IMG/VR virus record: IMGVR_UViG_3300001580_000006
Location: 96,001-160,000 of that record
DNA from: a virus
Taxonomy: Duplodnaviria; Caudoviricetes
Direction: 5' to 3' (one strand)
DNA: 64,000 nucleotides
Positions 19,515 through 30,262 of this stretch are shown here, one piece after another. Within the stretch, counting starts at the first letter, position 1. Every line of letters starts with the position of its first letter. The notes under the pieces are model-generated. The model had not been told where the DNA came from and made no database searches. It saw only the letters and a program-made list of their open reading frames with translations. The position numbers and the translations under genes are program-made.

Positions 19515-22096
19515 TAGCTTTCTACCTGTATTAAGTGGTTAATCGGGTCGACTACTATTCTATATGGCAACTGAGAATAGATGGCTGGGTTCTGCATCAC
19601 CATGAACCTGTGCTTTCTGCCAGACTCCTCCATGGCTGCTCTTTTAAACTCTAAGAACGCTTGGGCATTCTCTGGTGTCATAGTAGCACCAGTTTCATCT
19701 GTATACGAGGTTAAGTATGTCTTGTTAAGTCCTTTGCTGTGATGGATTAAAGCTGCTTCAATTATAGCCTCCTCTACCCATGCTTTCTGTGAGTCAGAGA
19801 GCTTTTCTACTAGACAGCTCTCTACGCCTGGTCTAATAGCTCGAAAGTCTAGTACATCAACCTCTTTGCCTTTCTCGGTAGCATCTCTAAGCGTCTCTAT
19901 TTTTATGCTTATACTGTCTGGATTATAATCTGATAGTAGACGGTTGGCGGTTACTTCGATGTCAGTTCTTATTGCCTCCAGCTCCATGGCTGGCATCTGC
20001 CCTGGTCTTATTGCTGAGGCAATTAGCTCCCACTGTGCTATCTCGTTCTTTAGCTCAGCCATCTTTGTAACTGCTGCTTGGTCTACACCATTTAATGCAA
20101 CGAGTGCTTGCTCAAACGCATGTACTTTATATTTAGCTCCAGCTTCAGCATCCCCAGTTGTGTTTAGCTCAGCCTTTAGTTTACTTAACTCAGTGTTATA
20201 GTCAGACTCAGCCGTTCTACGAGTTGCAATTTCTGAAATATCTACCGCATTTGGAGCAGTAGTCTTTAGATAGCCTAACTTATCTATCAAGTCAAGATAG
20301 AGCTTATAGTCTGTCATCTTTTCAGGGGAGTTGCTGTCCTTCCAATTGCTCAATGCCTTGCTAGTATCCGCAGCTTTCTTTTCAGCTTCAAGTTGGTTAG
20401 CGTAAGCTGCGTTGTATAGCTTCTCTATTGCAGTAATATCATACGTGGTGGTTGTTTTAGCAGTAGCCTCACCTATGTAGACTAGAAGCTCATTCTTCCT
20501 GTTACGTAGTGGTATGTCCTCTTTAGCTACTAGCTCTGGAACCAGCTCATACTTAGCTAGCTCAGCAGTTGCCTGATCAAGCTTTTCACTATTAGCTGCA
20601 ATGTTGGCTGTATATGAATTCTCGTCTTCAAGTAACTTAGCTAGCCTCTTCTCTCTACTAGTTTTAGCTTCATTACCAATTCGTACCGCTAACTGATAGT
20701 CCTCTTCAGATATCTTTGCTACTTTATACGCAGGACAATCCTCGAATAAATCCGATCCTATATCCTGGCAAGGCACCATGCTTTTTAAGGCGTACTTCTT
20801 TTCTGCCTCTTCTTGCTTTAGTTCTTCAGCAGTTGGGCTAGACAAAGCAGTCTTATATGACTTAGCGTTTACTAGCAGATCATTGGTAGCTTTAATAGCA
20901 GACTGTAGTGCAGCTATATCTCTTTTTAGATTAGACTGCTTTGTCATAAGATCTTGTCTAGCAATGACTTTCTCTAGCTTGTCATCTATTAAAGCTAGTT
21001 CTGCTTCAGCATCTCTAAGACCATTGCATAACTTGTCTTGCTCTGATAGTAAAGTTACTGCCTCACTCAGCGTTACTTTATATCCGTCTGCTCTCTGTTT
21101 AGCTAGTTCTACAGCCTGCTGTGCTAGTTTATTGGCGCTATCCAATTCTCGCAATGTGTCTTCCCAGCCACGGAACGACGAGGTGAGATCTTTGTCGGTT
21201 ACAGAAAATCCATGCTTAGTTTCTAAGGCAGCCTTCTGTAACAATAATTCGTTTATTTTAGCCTGGTGCTCTTCTGCAGCTGCAAATGAACTATTTAATC
21301 TAGACAACGCAGTAGAATTTTCAGTGGACTCTATATTAATTTTAGCTAGTCTAGTTTCAAGCGTTGCTTTGTTTACTAATATAGTATCGAGTGAGTCTTT
21401 GGCTGGCTTTAGGTGTTCGTCGGTTAATCTCTTAGCTGCACCTAGTTCATCACCTTTAATCACGTCGGCGTAGAAAGCATCGGCCTGGAAGTATGAGCTA
21501 ACAGCCGTAAATGCCTGCAATATCTGTTGAGCCACTTGTGAGCTCTTGGTACCTAGTTCTGCTTCTAGTACCTTAAGTTTACCCTCAGCGTGTTCCATCT
21601 TAGCCGCATAATGATCTAATCTATTAAGCTTATAGAACAACTCTTGCCTAAGTCCGCGCCGTATGTCTATAATTCTAAAGGACCTTTGTGAGCAGAACAC
21701 TGTTCTGAAGAACACGTTTGGAGAGCCTAACAGGCCCTCTAGCTTCTCATTATAGCTTCTTATATTACCTGACGGGTTTATATCAGTTCCATCAACTAAA
21801 AGAAATGCCGAGGATTTTGATTTAGTAGTCTTAAATATAGATCGAACAGTAACACCGTCGAACTCAAACGTAAGCTCTCTGCCACCACCGGGAATAAACA
21901 TATCCTCTAGCTTTGGAGCTTCAGGGTAATTAAGATAGGGTTGCATTAGGTATAGCAAGGTGGTCTTGCCGGCACCGTTGGGGCCGACTACCCCTATCAT
22001 ACCGTCTATGTTGGACAGATCTAGACTTACATCATGTATTTTTGATCCAATTACCAACCCTACAGAATCTTTTATCTCTATGTGCTTAAGTATCAT
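19514..22096 (-). CDS. sbcC: SbcC/Rad50-like SMC ATPase
   Basis: GPNGAGKTT, Q-loop, long coiled coil with a central Cys pair, degenerate C-terminal LSDSQ/DE; adjacent to SbcD. Confidence 0.82.
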   Translation of the reverse strand: MILKHIEIKDSVGLVIGSKIHDVSLDLSNIDGMIGVVGPNGAGKTTLLYLMQPYLNYPEAPKLEDMFIPGGGRELTFEFDGVTVRSIFKTTKSKSSAFLLVDGTDINPSGNIRSYNEKLEGLLGSPNVFFRTVFCSQRSFRIIDIRRGLRQELFYKLNRLDHYAAKMEHAEGKLKVLEAELGTKSSQVAQQILQAFTAVSSYFQADAFYADVIKGDELGAAKRLTDEHLKPAKDSLDTILVNKATLETRLAKINIESTENSTALSRLNSSFAAAEEHQAKINELLLQKAALETKHGFSVTDKDLTSSFRGWEDTLRELDSANKLAQQAVELAKQRADGYKVTLSEAVTLLSEQDKLCNGLRDAEAELALIDDKLEKVIARQDLMTKQSNLKRDIAALQSAIKATNDLLVNAKSYKTALSSPTAEELKQEEAEKKYALKSMVPCQDIGSDLFEDCPAYKVAKISEEDYQLAVRIGNEAKTSREKRLAKLLEDENSYTANIAANSEKLDQATAELAKYELVPELVAKEDIPLRNRKNELLVYIGEATAKTTTTYDITAIEKLYNAAYANQLEAEKKAADTSKALSNWKDSNSPEKMTDYKLYLDLIDKLGYLKTTAPNAVDISEIATRRTAESDYNTELSKLKAELNTTGDAEAGAKYKVHAFEQALVALNGVDQAAVTKMAELKNEIAQWELIASAIRPGQMPAMELEAIRTDIEVTANRLLSDYNPDSISIKIETLRDATEKGKEVDVLDFRAIRPGVESCLVEKLSDSQKAWVEEAIIEAALIHHSKGLNKTYLTSYTDETGATMTPENAQAFLEFKRAAMEESGRKHRFMVMQNPAIYSQLPYRIVVDPINHLIQVES

Positions 22097-23256
22097 AGAC
22101 CTATATCCTTAATATGGTATAGCTTAGTAGACAGCTCTTGTGTAACTGCTACTACTGGTACCTGATTATCGGCCCATAGTTGAAACTTCTCTACGAACGT
22201 TGGCTTACTAGCCAGCTCTGGAATCCTAGCTTTACTTGCTTGAGTAGATATAATACGGAATACTGGATCCAAGAAGACTCTTCGTATTTCTGCTTCAGCT
22301 AGATTGGCTTCATCAACTTTATAATCCATTGGCATCTCTATGGTTACATGCGCTCTATAAGAGATAACGCCATCAGGCAGGTTATGCTTTTCTCTAAATG
22401 CTTTTATGTCCTCTTCTACGTATGTAGACCTGATATGTATTTTTACAAATGGCTTAGCTGGTAAAGGAGTTAGAGCCATATGCATACCAGTGTCATCGAT
22501 GGTTGCATACCTAAGAGCTTTCATTGAGAAGTCATTAGCTTCAGTTGGGAACAAGGATCCTGTATACCAAATCCATGGGTAATCCTGCGAGTGTGGGGCT
22601 GTGTGCTCGTGCCCTAGAGCAACTAGATCAAACTTTGGTACCTTCTCTGCAGGTATGACTAACCCGGTTCTTATTCCACAGAAGTTTACTGATAAGTGAG
22701 ATACAAGGATGTGGGGTTTGTCAGCTGGCACAGCGCCGTGCATAGTCTCTGCAACAGCTATCCATCTATCTATAGCAGACTGCACTGGATCATTTCTTTC
22801 AGCTGATAGACCAGGGACTGGCAACAGTGATATATATGCTACTAGATCTAAGTTGAGCTGAGGATCCATAGCAGCATTAAACTCTGTTATCAAGCATAGC
22901 CCAGTAGCCCTATTACGATATACAGCAACTGTCCGAGGCTTCGAAGCTAGTACAACAGGAAACTCAGCCTTACTGTGAAACAGGTTATACACGTCTAGTA
23001 TGCCAGGAACGTCGTGTGACAGTGTTCCATATACACCAACGACTGGGGCAACCCTAGATAAACCTCTAAGAAACTTGCCCATCTCTATAACAGTTGGGTC
23101 GTCTAGCCTTACAGACCCATTAAATAAATCTCCGCACACTAATATAATGTCCGGACGTTCTTCATAGGCAGACTTCATAGTGGCATCTACTGCCTCAGCA
23201 AACTTCTTGGTCCACTGCGGGCACAGATGAAAGTCACCTATCATTAAAGCTTTCAT
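22093..23256 (-). CDS. sbcD: SbcD/Mre11-like nuclease
   Basis: GDFH, GDLF, GTLSHD, SH, ALGHEH, YTGS. Confidence 0.82.
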   Translation of the reverse strand: MKALMIGDFHLCPQWTKKFAEAVDATMKSAYEERPDIILVCGDLFNGSVRLDDPTVIEMGKFLRGLSRVAPVVGVYGTLSHDVPGILDVYNLFHSKAEFPVVLASKPRTVAVYRNRATGLCLITEFNAAMDPQLNLDLVAYISLLPVPGLSAERNDPVQSAIDRWIAVAETMHGAVPADKPHILVSHLSVNFCGIRTGLVIPAEKVPKFDLVALGHEHTAPHSQDYPWIWYTGSLFPTEANDFSMKALRYATIDDTGMHMALTPLPAKPFVKIHIRSTYVEEDIKAFREKHNLPDGVISYRAHVTIEMPMDYKVDEANLAEAEIRRVFLDPVFRIISTQASKARIPELASKPTFVEKFQLWADNQVPVVAVTQELSTKLYHIKDIGL

Positions 23257-23621
23257 TTCTTTGGTTTCCTTTTAGGTTTAGGCTTTTTAACTGGCTTTCC
23301 GGCTTTGATCTTAGAGTTACTTGGCGGGCTAGAGATGTTTGGTTTGTCTGCTGACATTCTTCCTAACTTTCCTTCATGCACCGCAAACTTTATTTCGCCG
23401 GTAAGTTGAGCTGGCTCTTCGATCAGTTCTACATAAGAGTAGGGGGAAATATCTACGCCACCAGCAGTAGGATAGAACGTCTTGTCCTTAATAGTTACAG
23501 GCTTACGATCTATTGGAACTATTCTAGCTCTGCATTCGTTGACTGTAGCAACCCTAAACAGCTCGGGCCCAGATAGCTTTATAACCTGCCCTACTATAAG
23601 TAGTCCTGTATTCATCGCCAT
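23253..23621 (-). CDS. hypothetical protein with basic tail
   Basis: Operon context. Confidence 0.5.
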   Translation of the reverse strand: MAMNTGLLIVGQVIKLSGPELFRVATVNECRARIVPIDRKPVTIKDKTFYPTAGGVDISPYSYVELIEEPAQLTGEIKFAVHEGKLGRMSADKPNISSPPSNSKIKAGKPVKKPKPKRKPKK

Positions 23622-24022
23622 TAAAATGGTAAATCCTCTTTAGGTGGTTTATCCCACGGTACAACAGCTGGAACATCGTCTAATGTCTTTGGTAGCATAC
23701 TAGCTTCTATCCTGTACAGTGTTTCAACAGCAGCTAGAGCATTCCAAGCAACGGCCGTAAGATGGTCTTCGTCACGAAAGCCACCCAAGTATTTGAATAG
23801 ATGCCTAATAGCAGAGTCTAGATACCTACTAACTGGTTGGCCCTTTAGCCAATTATGGTCACCATATTTTTTTGCGCCGTTCTCATAGTGACGGGCTAGT
23901 CTATATAAGGCGTACGGAGGAATTAGGTCAAACCGCCCTTTGCCGGCTCTGGTATCTCTAACGCTACCAGTCTCAAAGCTTTGTCTCTCTCCAGAGTCTA
24001 CTACCTTATCAAAGGAAGCCAT
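23621..24022 (-). CDS. dATP/dGTP diphosphohydrolase (DUF5664-like)
   Basis: F.TG.VRD...GK.RFDLIP...GAKKY...NW.KG......DSA.RH......EDHL....WN. Confidence 0.85.
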   Translation of the reverse strand: MASFDKVVDSGERQSFETGSVRDTRAGKGRFDLIPPYALYRLARHYENGAKKYGDHNWLKGQPVSRYLDSAIRHLFKYLGGFRDEDHLTAVAWNALAAVETLYRIEASMLPKTLDDVPAVVPWDKPPKEDLPF

Positions 24023-24426
24023 TATAGTTCATCTCCTGTTCTTAACTTTACATCTCTAATGTCTTTGAAGAACTCTTCATAGGTTTTGTATTTAGTTCGT
24101 ATCGATTTTTTAACCTCAGCTAGATCTACCCCCAACTCTTTGATCATAAATCTAAGAACATTGTGAGGCGAGAATACTTTCATTTGGCACATTGGACAGA
24201 ACTCAACAGGAACCTCATCGGTATAGCAATCAGCCTCCTCTTCCCAAGTGTCCCATTTCTCTTGTTGGCCTATTTTGTGCTCAAGGCACACTATATGACC
24301 AAAAACGCACGAGAACATATCAAAGTCTCCGGGGCCTTGATCATAACCACTTACGGTTTCTCCGCACACTTCGCAAATGAATGAAGTGCTAGAGCTGTTT
24401 GAAACAAAAGCAAATCTCGTTATCAT
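24022..24426 (-). CDS. FVSNSSS-leader family protein with Cys-rich zinc-binding domain
   Basis: MITRFAFVSNSSSTSF; CEVC, C..GH..C..H, CPMC. Confidence 0.7.
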   Translation of the reverse strand: MITRFAFVSNSSSTSFICEVCGETVSGYDQGPGDFDMFSCVFGHIVCLEHKIGQQEKWDTWEEEADCYTDEVPVEFCPMCQMKVFSPHNVLRFMIKELGVDLAEVKKSIRTKYKTYEEFFKDIRDVKLRTGDEL

Positions 24427-24616
24427 AGTTACCTCATACAGAATATAGTTATCTGCTCGTCTGTGGTAAACCCTCCCTCAAACGGTAAAGGTTGCGCCAG
24501 CTCATGGTGTATTTGGTAAGTATCAGCCAAAGTAACCTCAACTTTCTGTATAAGGCTAATCATTTGATGAGCCTCTTCCTCGCTTAGGCCACGCTTTATT
24601 AAGTCTGATGTCGTTA

Positions 24617-24991
24617 TCATTTTCTTAAGAACTCTATTAGTTTGTCGTGCGATTTAAACTTACTGTGGATCTCTTTCCTTACCTCATCCTCTTTTATGCC
24701 AAGTACTTTAATTATATAGTTGTATACGTCATCGTCTCTAAGAGTTTTCATGGTGCATACGGGGCAAAATTCTTTCTTTACCTTGCCGTATAAATCATCA
24801 TTACCGTGATCGTTATAGGTCTCATAGCTATCTGGAAGATGGCCGGCGCACATGATGTGTCCAAATCCGCATTCAGCCATGCCTTGGTTCTCTAATGATT
24901 CGCCATCATATACTACGGCTGCTTGACTGCACACTTCACACACATAGCTAGATGATGAGCTGTTGGATACGAAAGCAGTTCTTATTCTCAT
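24617..24991 (-). CDS. FVSNSSS-leader family protein with Cys-rich zinc-binding domain
   Basis: MRIRTAFVSNSSSSSY (ATGA overlap at 24991); CEVC, C..GH..C..H, CPVC. Confidence 0.7.
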   Translation of the reverse strand: MRIRTAFVSNSSSSSYVCEVCSQAAVVYDGESLENQGMAECGFGHIMCAGHLPDSYETYNDHGNDDLYGKVKKEFCPVCTMKTLRDDDVYNYIIKVLGIKEDEVRKEIHSKFKSHDKLIEFLRK

Positions 24992-25365
24992 TTCGGCTCC
25001 TTTATCCACTTAACTAATTCATCTATGGTCTGAAACCTATTCTTTATTTCTTTGCCAATGGTTGCAGTGTTAAAACCATACTGCTTCCATATATATTTTT
25101 CTATCATTTCATTAGTCAGAAAATAGCCCTTGCAGCAGCAACACAGGTCGGCCGGCACATAGAACCTATCATTGTCTGGTGACTCCAGCCACTCTTCAAA
25201 GGCTTCAAAATTCTCACCACCTTCCATGCATGCGTCGCATATTGTGTGTCCGTTTACGCACTCATAATAATCCATTGATTCGTCATAACCTTGTCCTCCA
25301 CAGTTGCTACAATAAACAAACGAAGACGAAGAACTATTCGAAACGAAGGATTCACGAATTTTCAT
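24988..25365 (-). CDS. FVSNSSS-leader family protein with Cys-rich zinc-binding domain
   Basis: MKIRESFVSNSSSSSF; CSNC, C..GH..C..C, CCCC. Confidence 0.7.
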   Translation of the reverse strand: MKIRESFVSNSSSSSFVYCSNCGGQGYDESMDYYECVNGHTICDACMEGGENFEAFEEWLESPDNDRFYVPADLCCCCKGYFLTNEMIEKYIWKQYGFNTATIGKEIKNRFQTIDELVKWIKEPK

Positions 25366-25769
25366 TTAACGTCAGCCTCCTTAAAGAACTCTTTCCACGT
25401 TTCATACGTACTTGGGCTGTTGAAGTCCCAGTCCCAGTGCTCTATTAATAGATTGCCGTCTGGCAGTGCATCTTTATTTATACTACCAGCGTCTTCTACA
25501 AAGTAGTATACAACATAAAACACAGGCTCACCCATATCTGGTGAGTCCTTGTGGTCTTTGGCGTGCTGTAGTATTAAGTCTACAGTTTTACGGCTAGTTA
25601 CGTTGCCGTATGTATTGCCTTCATAGCCCGAGTCATATATTCCAGGATCGCAGTATATGTCTTTAGATTTCAGCATGTCTGCTGTTATCTCTTTCGGTGC
25701 TATTCTATTGCAAACAACGATGCAATTGGAGGAGGACGAGTTGCTTACAAATATAAGTCTTTCCCTCAT
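25362..25769 (-). CDS. FVSNSSS-leader family protein
   Basis: MRERLIFVSNSSSSNC. Confidence 0.65.
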   Translation of the reverse strand: MRERLIFVSNSSSSNCIVVCNRIAPKEITADMLKSKDIYCDPGIYDSGYEGNTYGNVTSRKTVDLILQHAKDHKDSPDMGEPVFYVVYYFVEDAGSINKDALPDGNLLIEHWDWDFNSPSTYETWKEFFKEADVK

Positions 25770-25770
25770 T

Positions 25771-26358
25771 TTATTCTCCTATGTCTACTGTTTGATTCAT
25801 ATCTACTGCACAGTACGTGGTTTTATAGATCTTAATAACCTTTTCAATATGATAGTGTCCAAATAGCCAGTACCTTGGTTTGTGTACTTTATTCATTTCA
25901 TCTAGCAACAAGTTTGTAGGCGTTGGCACAGCATTGCGCAGTAGTCTTTTTGCTATCGAGCGAGGACCCTCATGTGATATCACTATGTCTGGTTTTTCCT
26001 TAATGTACAGCTCAAGAGCTTTATCCATTGCTTCAATAGACAGTTGCTCTTTTGGCCAGTAATCCACACCTGGAGTACGCATTTTCCAATCTACTGAGCA
26101 GCCGCCTGACACAAAGAATAGTTTTCCAAGTGGAGTATCCAGCGTTCCATAGTCGCCAAGGTACCCCTTGGTTTTTGTACAAAGATCTGGATTATCGTGG
26201 TTGCCTCTTATAAAGTAGTGATTACCAGGCGGTACTTCTGGAAGTGGGACACCAAAACCAAGCCCCAAATCTCCAAGCTGGAAAGTCCACTCGCTATCTT
26301 TTATTACACAGAGATACCAATCAAAGTCAGCATGAATGTCTCCTATAAACCGGATCAT
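25771..26358 (-). CDS. Metallophosphoesterase
   Basis: GDIH, GDLG, GNHD, SH, GHYH. Confidence 0.85.
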   Translation of the reverse strand: MIRFIGDIHADFDWYLCVIKDSEWTFQLGDLGLGFGVPLPEVPPGNHYFIRGNHDNPDLCTKTKGYLGDYGTLDTPLGKLFFVSGGCSVDWKMRTPGVDYWPKEQLSIEAMDKALELYIKEKPDIVISHEGPRSIAKRLLRNAVPTPTNLLLDEMNKVHKPRYWLFGHYHIEKVIKIYKTTYCAVDMNQTVDIGE

Positions 26359-27095
26359 TCTATATCTCCAGTGTCCTTATTCAAGTCTAGGTTATATTGT
26401 TCTTGTACATGATCAAAGATTTTCCCAAGCTTCTCCTTGACTTTATCATATGAGTCCATTTGCCTAAGTACATATGCTGGGTGCGCAACCCACGAGTATG
26501 CAATTTTCTGGTACTTTCCAAACGTTATATCTTCATCCAAAGGACTGTGTGACCCCGTCACGCCCAACCTACGCATTGCAGTAGCACCTAAGGCTATAAT
26601 GAAGTAAGGCCGTAATAGGTATATCTGATGTTCTAAGTACGGAGCACAAGCCTTTACTGGCTCTTCTAGAGTTCCTTCTCCTCCATCCTTATTTACTTTG
26701 CACAGCAAGGTATTAGTGTGGTACAGTTTCTCGTGGTCTATCCCAAGTTCTTCTAGCATTTGGTGCCATATTCTTCCAGATGGTCCAACCAGAGGCGAGC
26801 CGGCTATGACCTCATCCTTTCCTGGCGCTTCCGCCAGGATCATAACTTTTGCATAGGGGTTGCCCTTAGACAAGACAGATGCCTGTCTTATTTGTCTAGA
26901 CTTTCTACCCAATGAACATCTGGTACAGGAGTTTGCTAAGCCTCGCAGCCTCTCTATATAATCCTCCCTATTATCAGCTGTAAGCATGCACTTAAGAGGA
27001 TCCTTGGAGCTTTGGTGCATACTCTGTCCAAATAAATCTCCTTGGTCGCCCTTTGATAGTCTGCCATAAGCAGGTAATAGTGGTCTAGACATCAC
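26355..27095 (-). CDS. Uracil-DNA glycosylase, family 4 (Fe-S type)
   Basis: CTRC.L, EAPG..E...G.P.VGPSG, TN..C, C, LGATA, HPAY.LR. Confidence 0.9.
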   Translation of the reverse strand: MMSRPLLPAYGRLSKGDQGDLFGQSMHQSSKDPLKCMLTADNREDYIERLRGLANSCTRCSLGRKSRQIRQASVLSKGNPYAKVMILAEAPGKDEVIAGSPLVGPSGRIWHQMLEELGIDHEKLYHTNTLLCKVNKDGGEGTLEEPVKACAPYLEHQIYLLRPYFIIALGATAMRRLGVTGSHSPLDEDITFGKYQKIAYSWVAHPAYVLRQMDSYDKVKEKLGKIFDHVQEQYNLDLNKDTGDIE

Positions 27096-27719
27096 ACCTC
27101 TTTATTTGTCAGCTCTCTTAGCTGGTTTATCATTGGACAGAGCTCGAAGGAGCACGCCGGGTCTCCATCCATCATTTCGAATCCTCCCTCTCCATCTTTC
27201 TTATACGGTTTCCAGGCACATGTTCCTTCTAGTATCTCATCGCTGCCCATATGGTTTCCACAGAACCCATGGTCTTCAAATACGTGATATATATTCTTCA
27301 GTGTTTCTTCCGCCAACACACCAGATCGTATGCCGGCGAGGAAGCTATAAATCTCAGCTGTAAACCCGCTATGAAACCTATGCTTCTCGTACCACTTGTT
27401 GGCTATTGACCACTCTCTTTCAGTGTATTTACCCATTTATCACTCAACAATCCAAGTAAAAAATCAGGATCTGACCCTTGTTTTACCAATTCGTCTGACA
27501 TCTCTGTGGCTGTAAGAAACTTGGGCTTGCCAAACTTTACTATGCCTGACATGTGCCCGTAGGTTGTTTGGTAGTGTATATCGTCTATATCCATTTTCCC
27601 TACCGCTTCTGGGCGGCCAGATATTTCAGTATCATATAGTAGTTCTATTTTAACTATATGTTTAACCCACCTGTTCATGCTATCTTTTACAGGCTTCTTC
27701 GCTTTAGCTATCTTGTACT

Positions 27720-28832
27720 TCATTTTACGCCAAAGGTCTCCTTTAGCCAGTTAATTGAATCGACAAATGATTTTCCTTGAGTAAACTCGACAAATTTTAT
27801 AGCATCTCCGCCAGCGTCACTTCTCTGAGATTTGCACGAGAAACAACAGAACGTATTGGTGCGGTTGTAAATAACCAGAGATGGATCGCTATCGTTGTGC
27901 TGCGGACATTTTATGTAGGACCTATCACTGCTCTTCTGGTGGACTTGATAACCAAGAGCACCGCATATACTATGTATGCTTATACTCTTTAGGTCATCTA
28001 AGTTATTAGTTTTCTTAGACTTAGGGGCAGCCTTCTTGCTTTCAGCTACTAGTGGTTTACCCCATGACTGCTTTATCAGTCTTATGATTTCATCACGAAA
28101 GCCAGAACCAAGGTTATTATAGAGATCATTGACATCTGTTTTGCTATGTCCAGGCAGCTTCTTTGGAACAGCAACGCACACTGTAGCTTTAGGGAACTGA
28201 GTCTTGAGGTCTATGCCGAATTTTGTAAATCCAGCTACTCCCTGCCCAGCGCTATCATTGTCTGCGATAAGTACAAACTTATTCCACTTGCTGCCAAGGA
28301 ATGGTATCTTCTTACTGGCCATACCTATTCCGTATAACGCTAGTGCTGGAAGCCCAGCTTGGTGTAAAGTAAGAGCGCAGATTGGAGACTCAACTAATAT
28401 GAGTGGGTCGTTCTTTGGGTCGGGGCTTGATTGTAAACCATATGGATACCGTAAGTCCTTGGCATATAATATCTTGTGCTTTGGCTCAGCATTATCTATT
28501 GATCTAGTGGCTACCATAACAAGCTGCTTATCGTGCACAGAAGGAAAAACAATACGATTGTTCGCTGCGTACGAATCCCACCCTAACCTGCTTATTGCAG
28601 AGATGAGACCAGTTGGAGGCAATTCCGGAATGAAACCAACGGAAGCCTTTTCTAGTATCTCACTACGTAAACCGCGGCCACTTAGATAAGACTGGGCCTC
28701 TTTGTGATGAGACAACTCGTGTCTCAATAGCTCTAGAACTGCTGAAGTCAAATCAGGAACCCCTTTTTCGGCTTTCTTTGCTCCTCGGCAACTGAGATCA
28801 TTATGGCAGCTGTTCGGGTGCATTTGTCGCAT
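27720..28832 (-). CDS. DnaG-type primase with TOPRIM domain and C-terminal CHC2 zinc finger (start uncertain, possibly ~28751)
   Basis: YL..RG, RIVFP, LVES, DND..G, KTDVND; C-terminal CPQH.D..PS........CFSC....GD.I.F. Confidence 0.8.
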   Translation of the reverse strand: MRQMHPNSCHNDLSCRGAKKAEKGVPDLTSAVLELLRHELSHHKEAQSYLSGRGLRSEILEKASVGFIPELPPTGLISAISRLGWDSYAANNRIVFPSVHDKQLVMVATRSIDNAEPKHKILYAKDLRYPYGLQSSPDPKNDPLILVESPICALTLHQAGLPALALYGIGMASKKIPFLGSKWNKFVLIADNDSAGQGVAGFTKFGIDLKTQFPKATVCVAVPKKLPGHSKTDVNDLYNNLGSGFRDEIIRLIKQSWGKPLVAESKKAAPKSKKTNNLDDLKSISIHSICGALGYQVHQKSSDRSYIKCPQHNDSDPSLVIYNRTNTFCCFSCKSQRSDAGGDAIKFVEFTQGKSFVDSINWLKETFGVK

Positions 28833-30262
28833 ACCCGTATATCCTTATTCATAATCCATTTAGCTGGTTTATCACATAAATCACACTTACCTTCAGCTCC
28901 TGCACGTACATTACTTACGAGTGTGTCTAACCTTAAGTGTACTAGTTCTTCTTCGATTATGTGTACCATACGATCAGCCACTCGACGGGCCATTCCAGCT
29001 ATCGTTGGGTAATCTGAAGTATGTGGAGTTATAGGTAGAGCGATTATACGGTTAATCTGGGCTTTGTTCAGGCCAAGGCGTGCACCAAGATCAGCTATCT
29101 TCTGTTTATTTGGCATGTGTCTCCTTGAACCAATCCTTGTTTCTATGCCTATTCTTGCGTCTATACGACATACTCTTTATACCATAGAAAGCACGTTGTG
29201 CTAGACCACCAGCAGATATCAATAAGTCGGCAGCGTCTACGATCACAGCTACAGCTAGTAGAGCAACAAGGGCCTTGTTTGGATTCCGCTTTATACCCTT
29301 AACTGTCCTCCGGATGCTCGATGCTCTGAGCACTGCTTGTATCGACATTAGTTTCTCCAAGTATGATGTTAACTATTCCACCGTGGTTTTCTTCCATTAG
29401 CATAGCGTTAACTAAAGTGGCATAGCCAGCTGTAGCCAATAACCTATGGACTATCATTTGCAGGGCCAGCATCTTTGCGCTTTCTGGGTCCTGTCCTCTT
29501 TTTACTAATTCTGTGGTTAGCTGTATGAGTGCTACATCCGCCTCCGCAGGCAATAGTACCGTTTGCTTTGTCATAGCCTGTCAGTTTAGCCTCCTCTCTA
29601 TTAAAACCAATTTTTTCCAGCTGCATTAGATTCTCAAAGTATAGGTAAGCTAGCACATGGATAATATAGTTTGATGCCGATGCGCTAACCATAACGCCAA
29701 GTCGGTCCAGCTCTTCCTGTTTAAGGCTTGGCACCGGCTTGTTTGGTTCGTTACGCAAGCTCATTACCATATCTAATATATCTTGCCCTAAGCAAGATTT
29801 GATATACTGTATCATTGCTGGGTAGTTTTCTTGTGAATACTCATGAAAAGCCACCCTATTCGTTTGATTACGTAAAAAGTCCAATGCCGTATCTAGAGCT
29901 TTCTCTGATCTTTTGGCATTAGTGCTCATAAGTCTTTCTCCTTAAGTTTGCTAGTAGGTAGATCTTTCAACGTCGGTTCTGCTCTAGGAGACTCTACTTT
30001 AAATGAGTCACCACCCAACTCTTTATCGGTATTACTATGCGACATTATTACTAATTGGACCGAGTTTCCTCTTACGTCAGCTGCGGCTACTATTTTGTTG
30101 GGCCATGCATCTTTTACTATCCCTATGCCAAGACCATCTTTTTTGCCGGCGTCTACGCAGGCGGCTAATATACCTTCTAATACTTCAGTTCCAGTTGGCT
30201 TGTCTACTTTTAGCATACCTGATATTTCTACTGCGCGTGCGTATAGTGATTCGAATAAGCCG

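Noticed and set aside
20778-21473. Long plus-strand ORFs opposite sbcC, recA, polA, nrdD and others
   Set aside because: Ser/Leu-rich antisense shadows of well-supported minus-strand genes.
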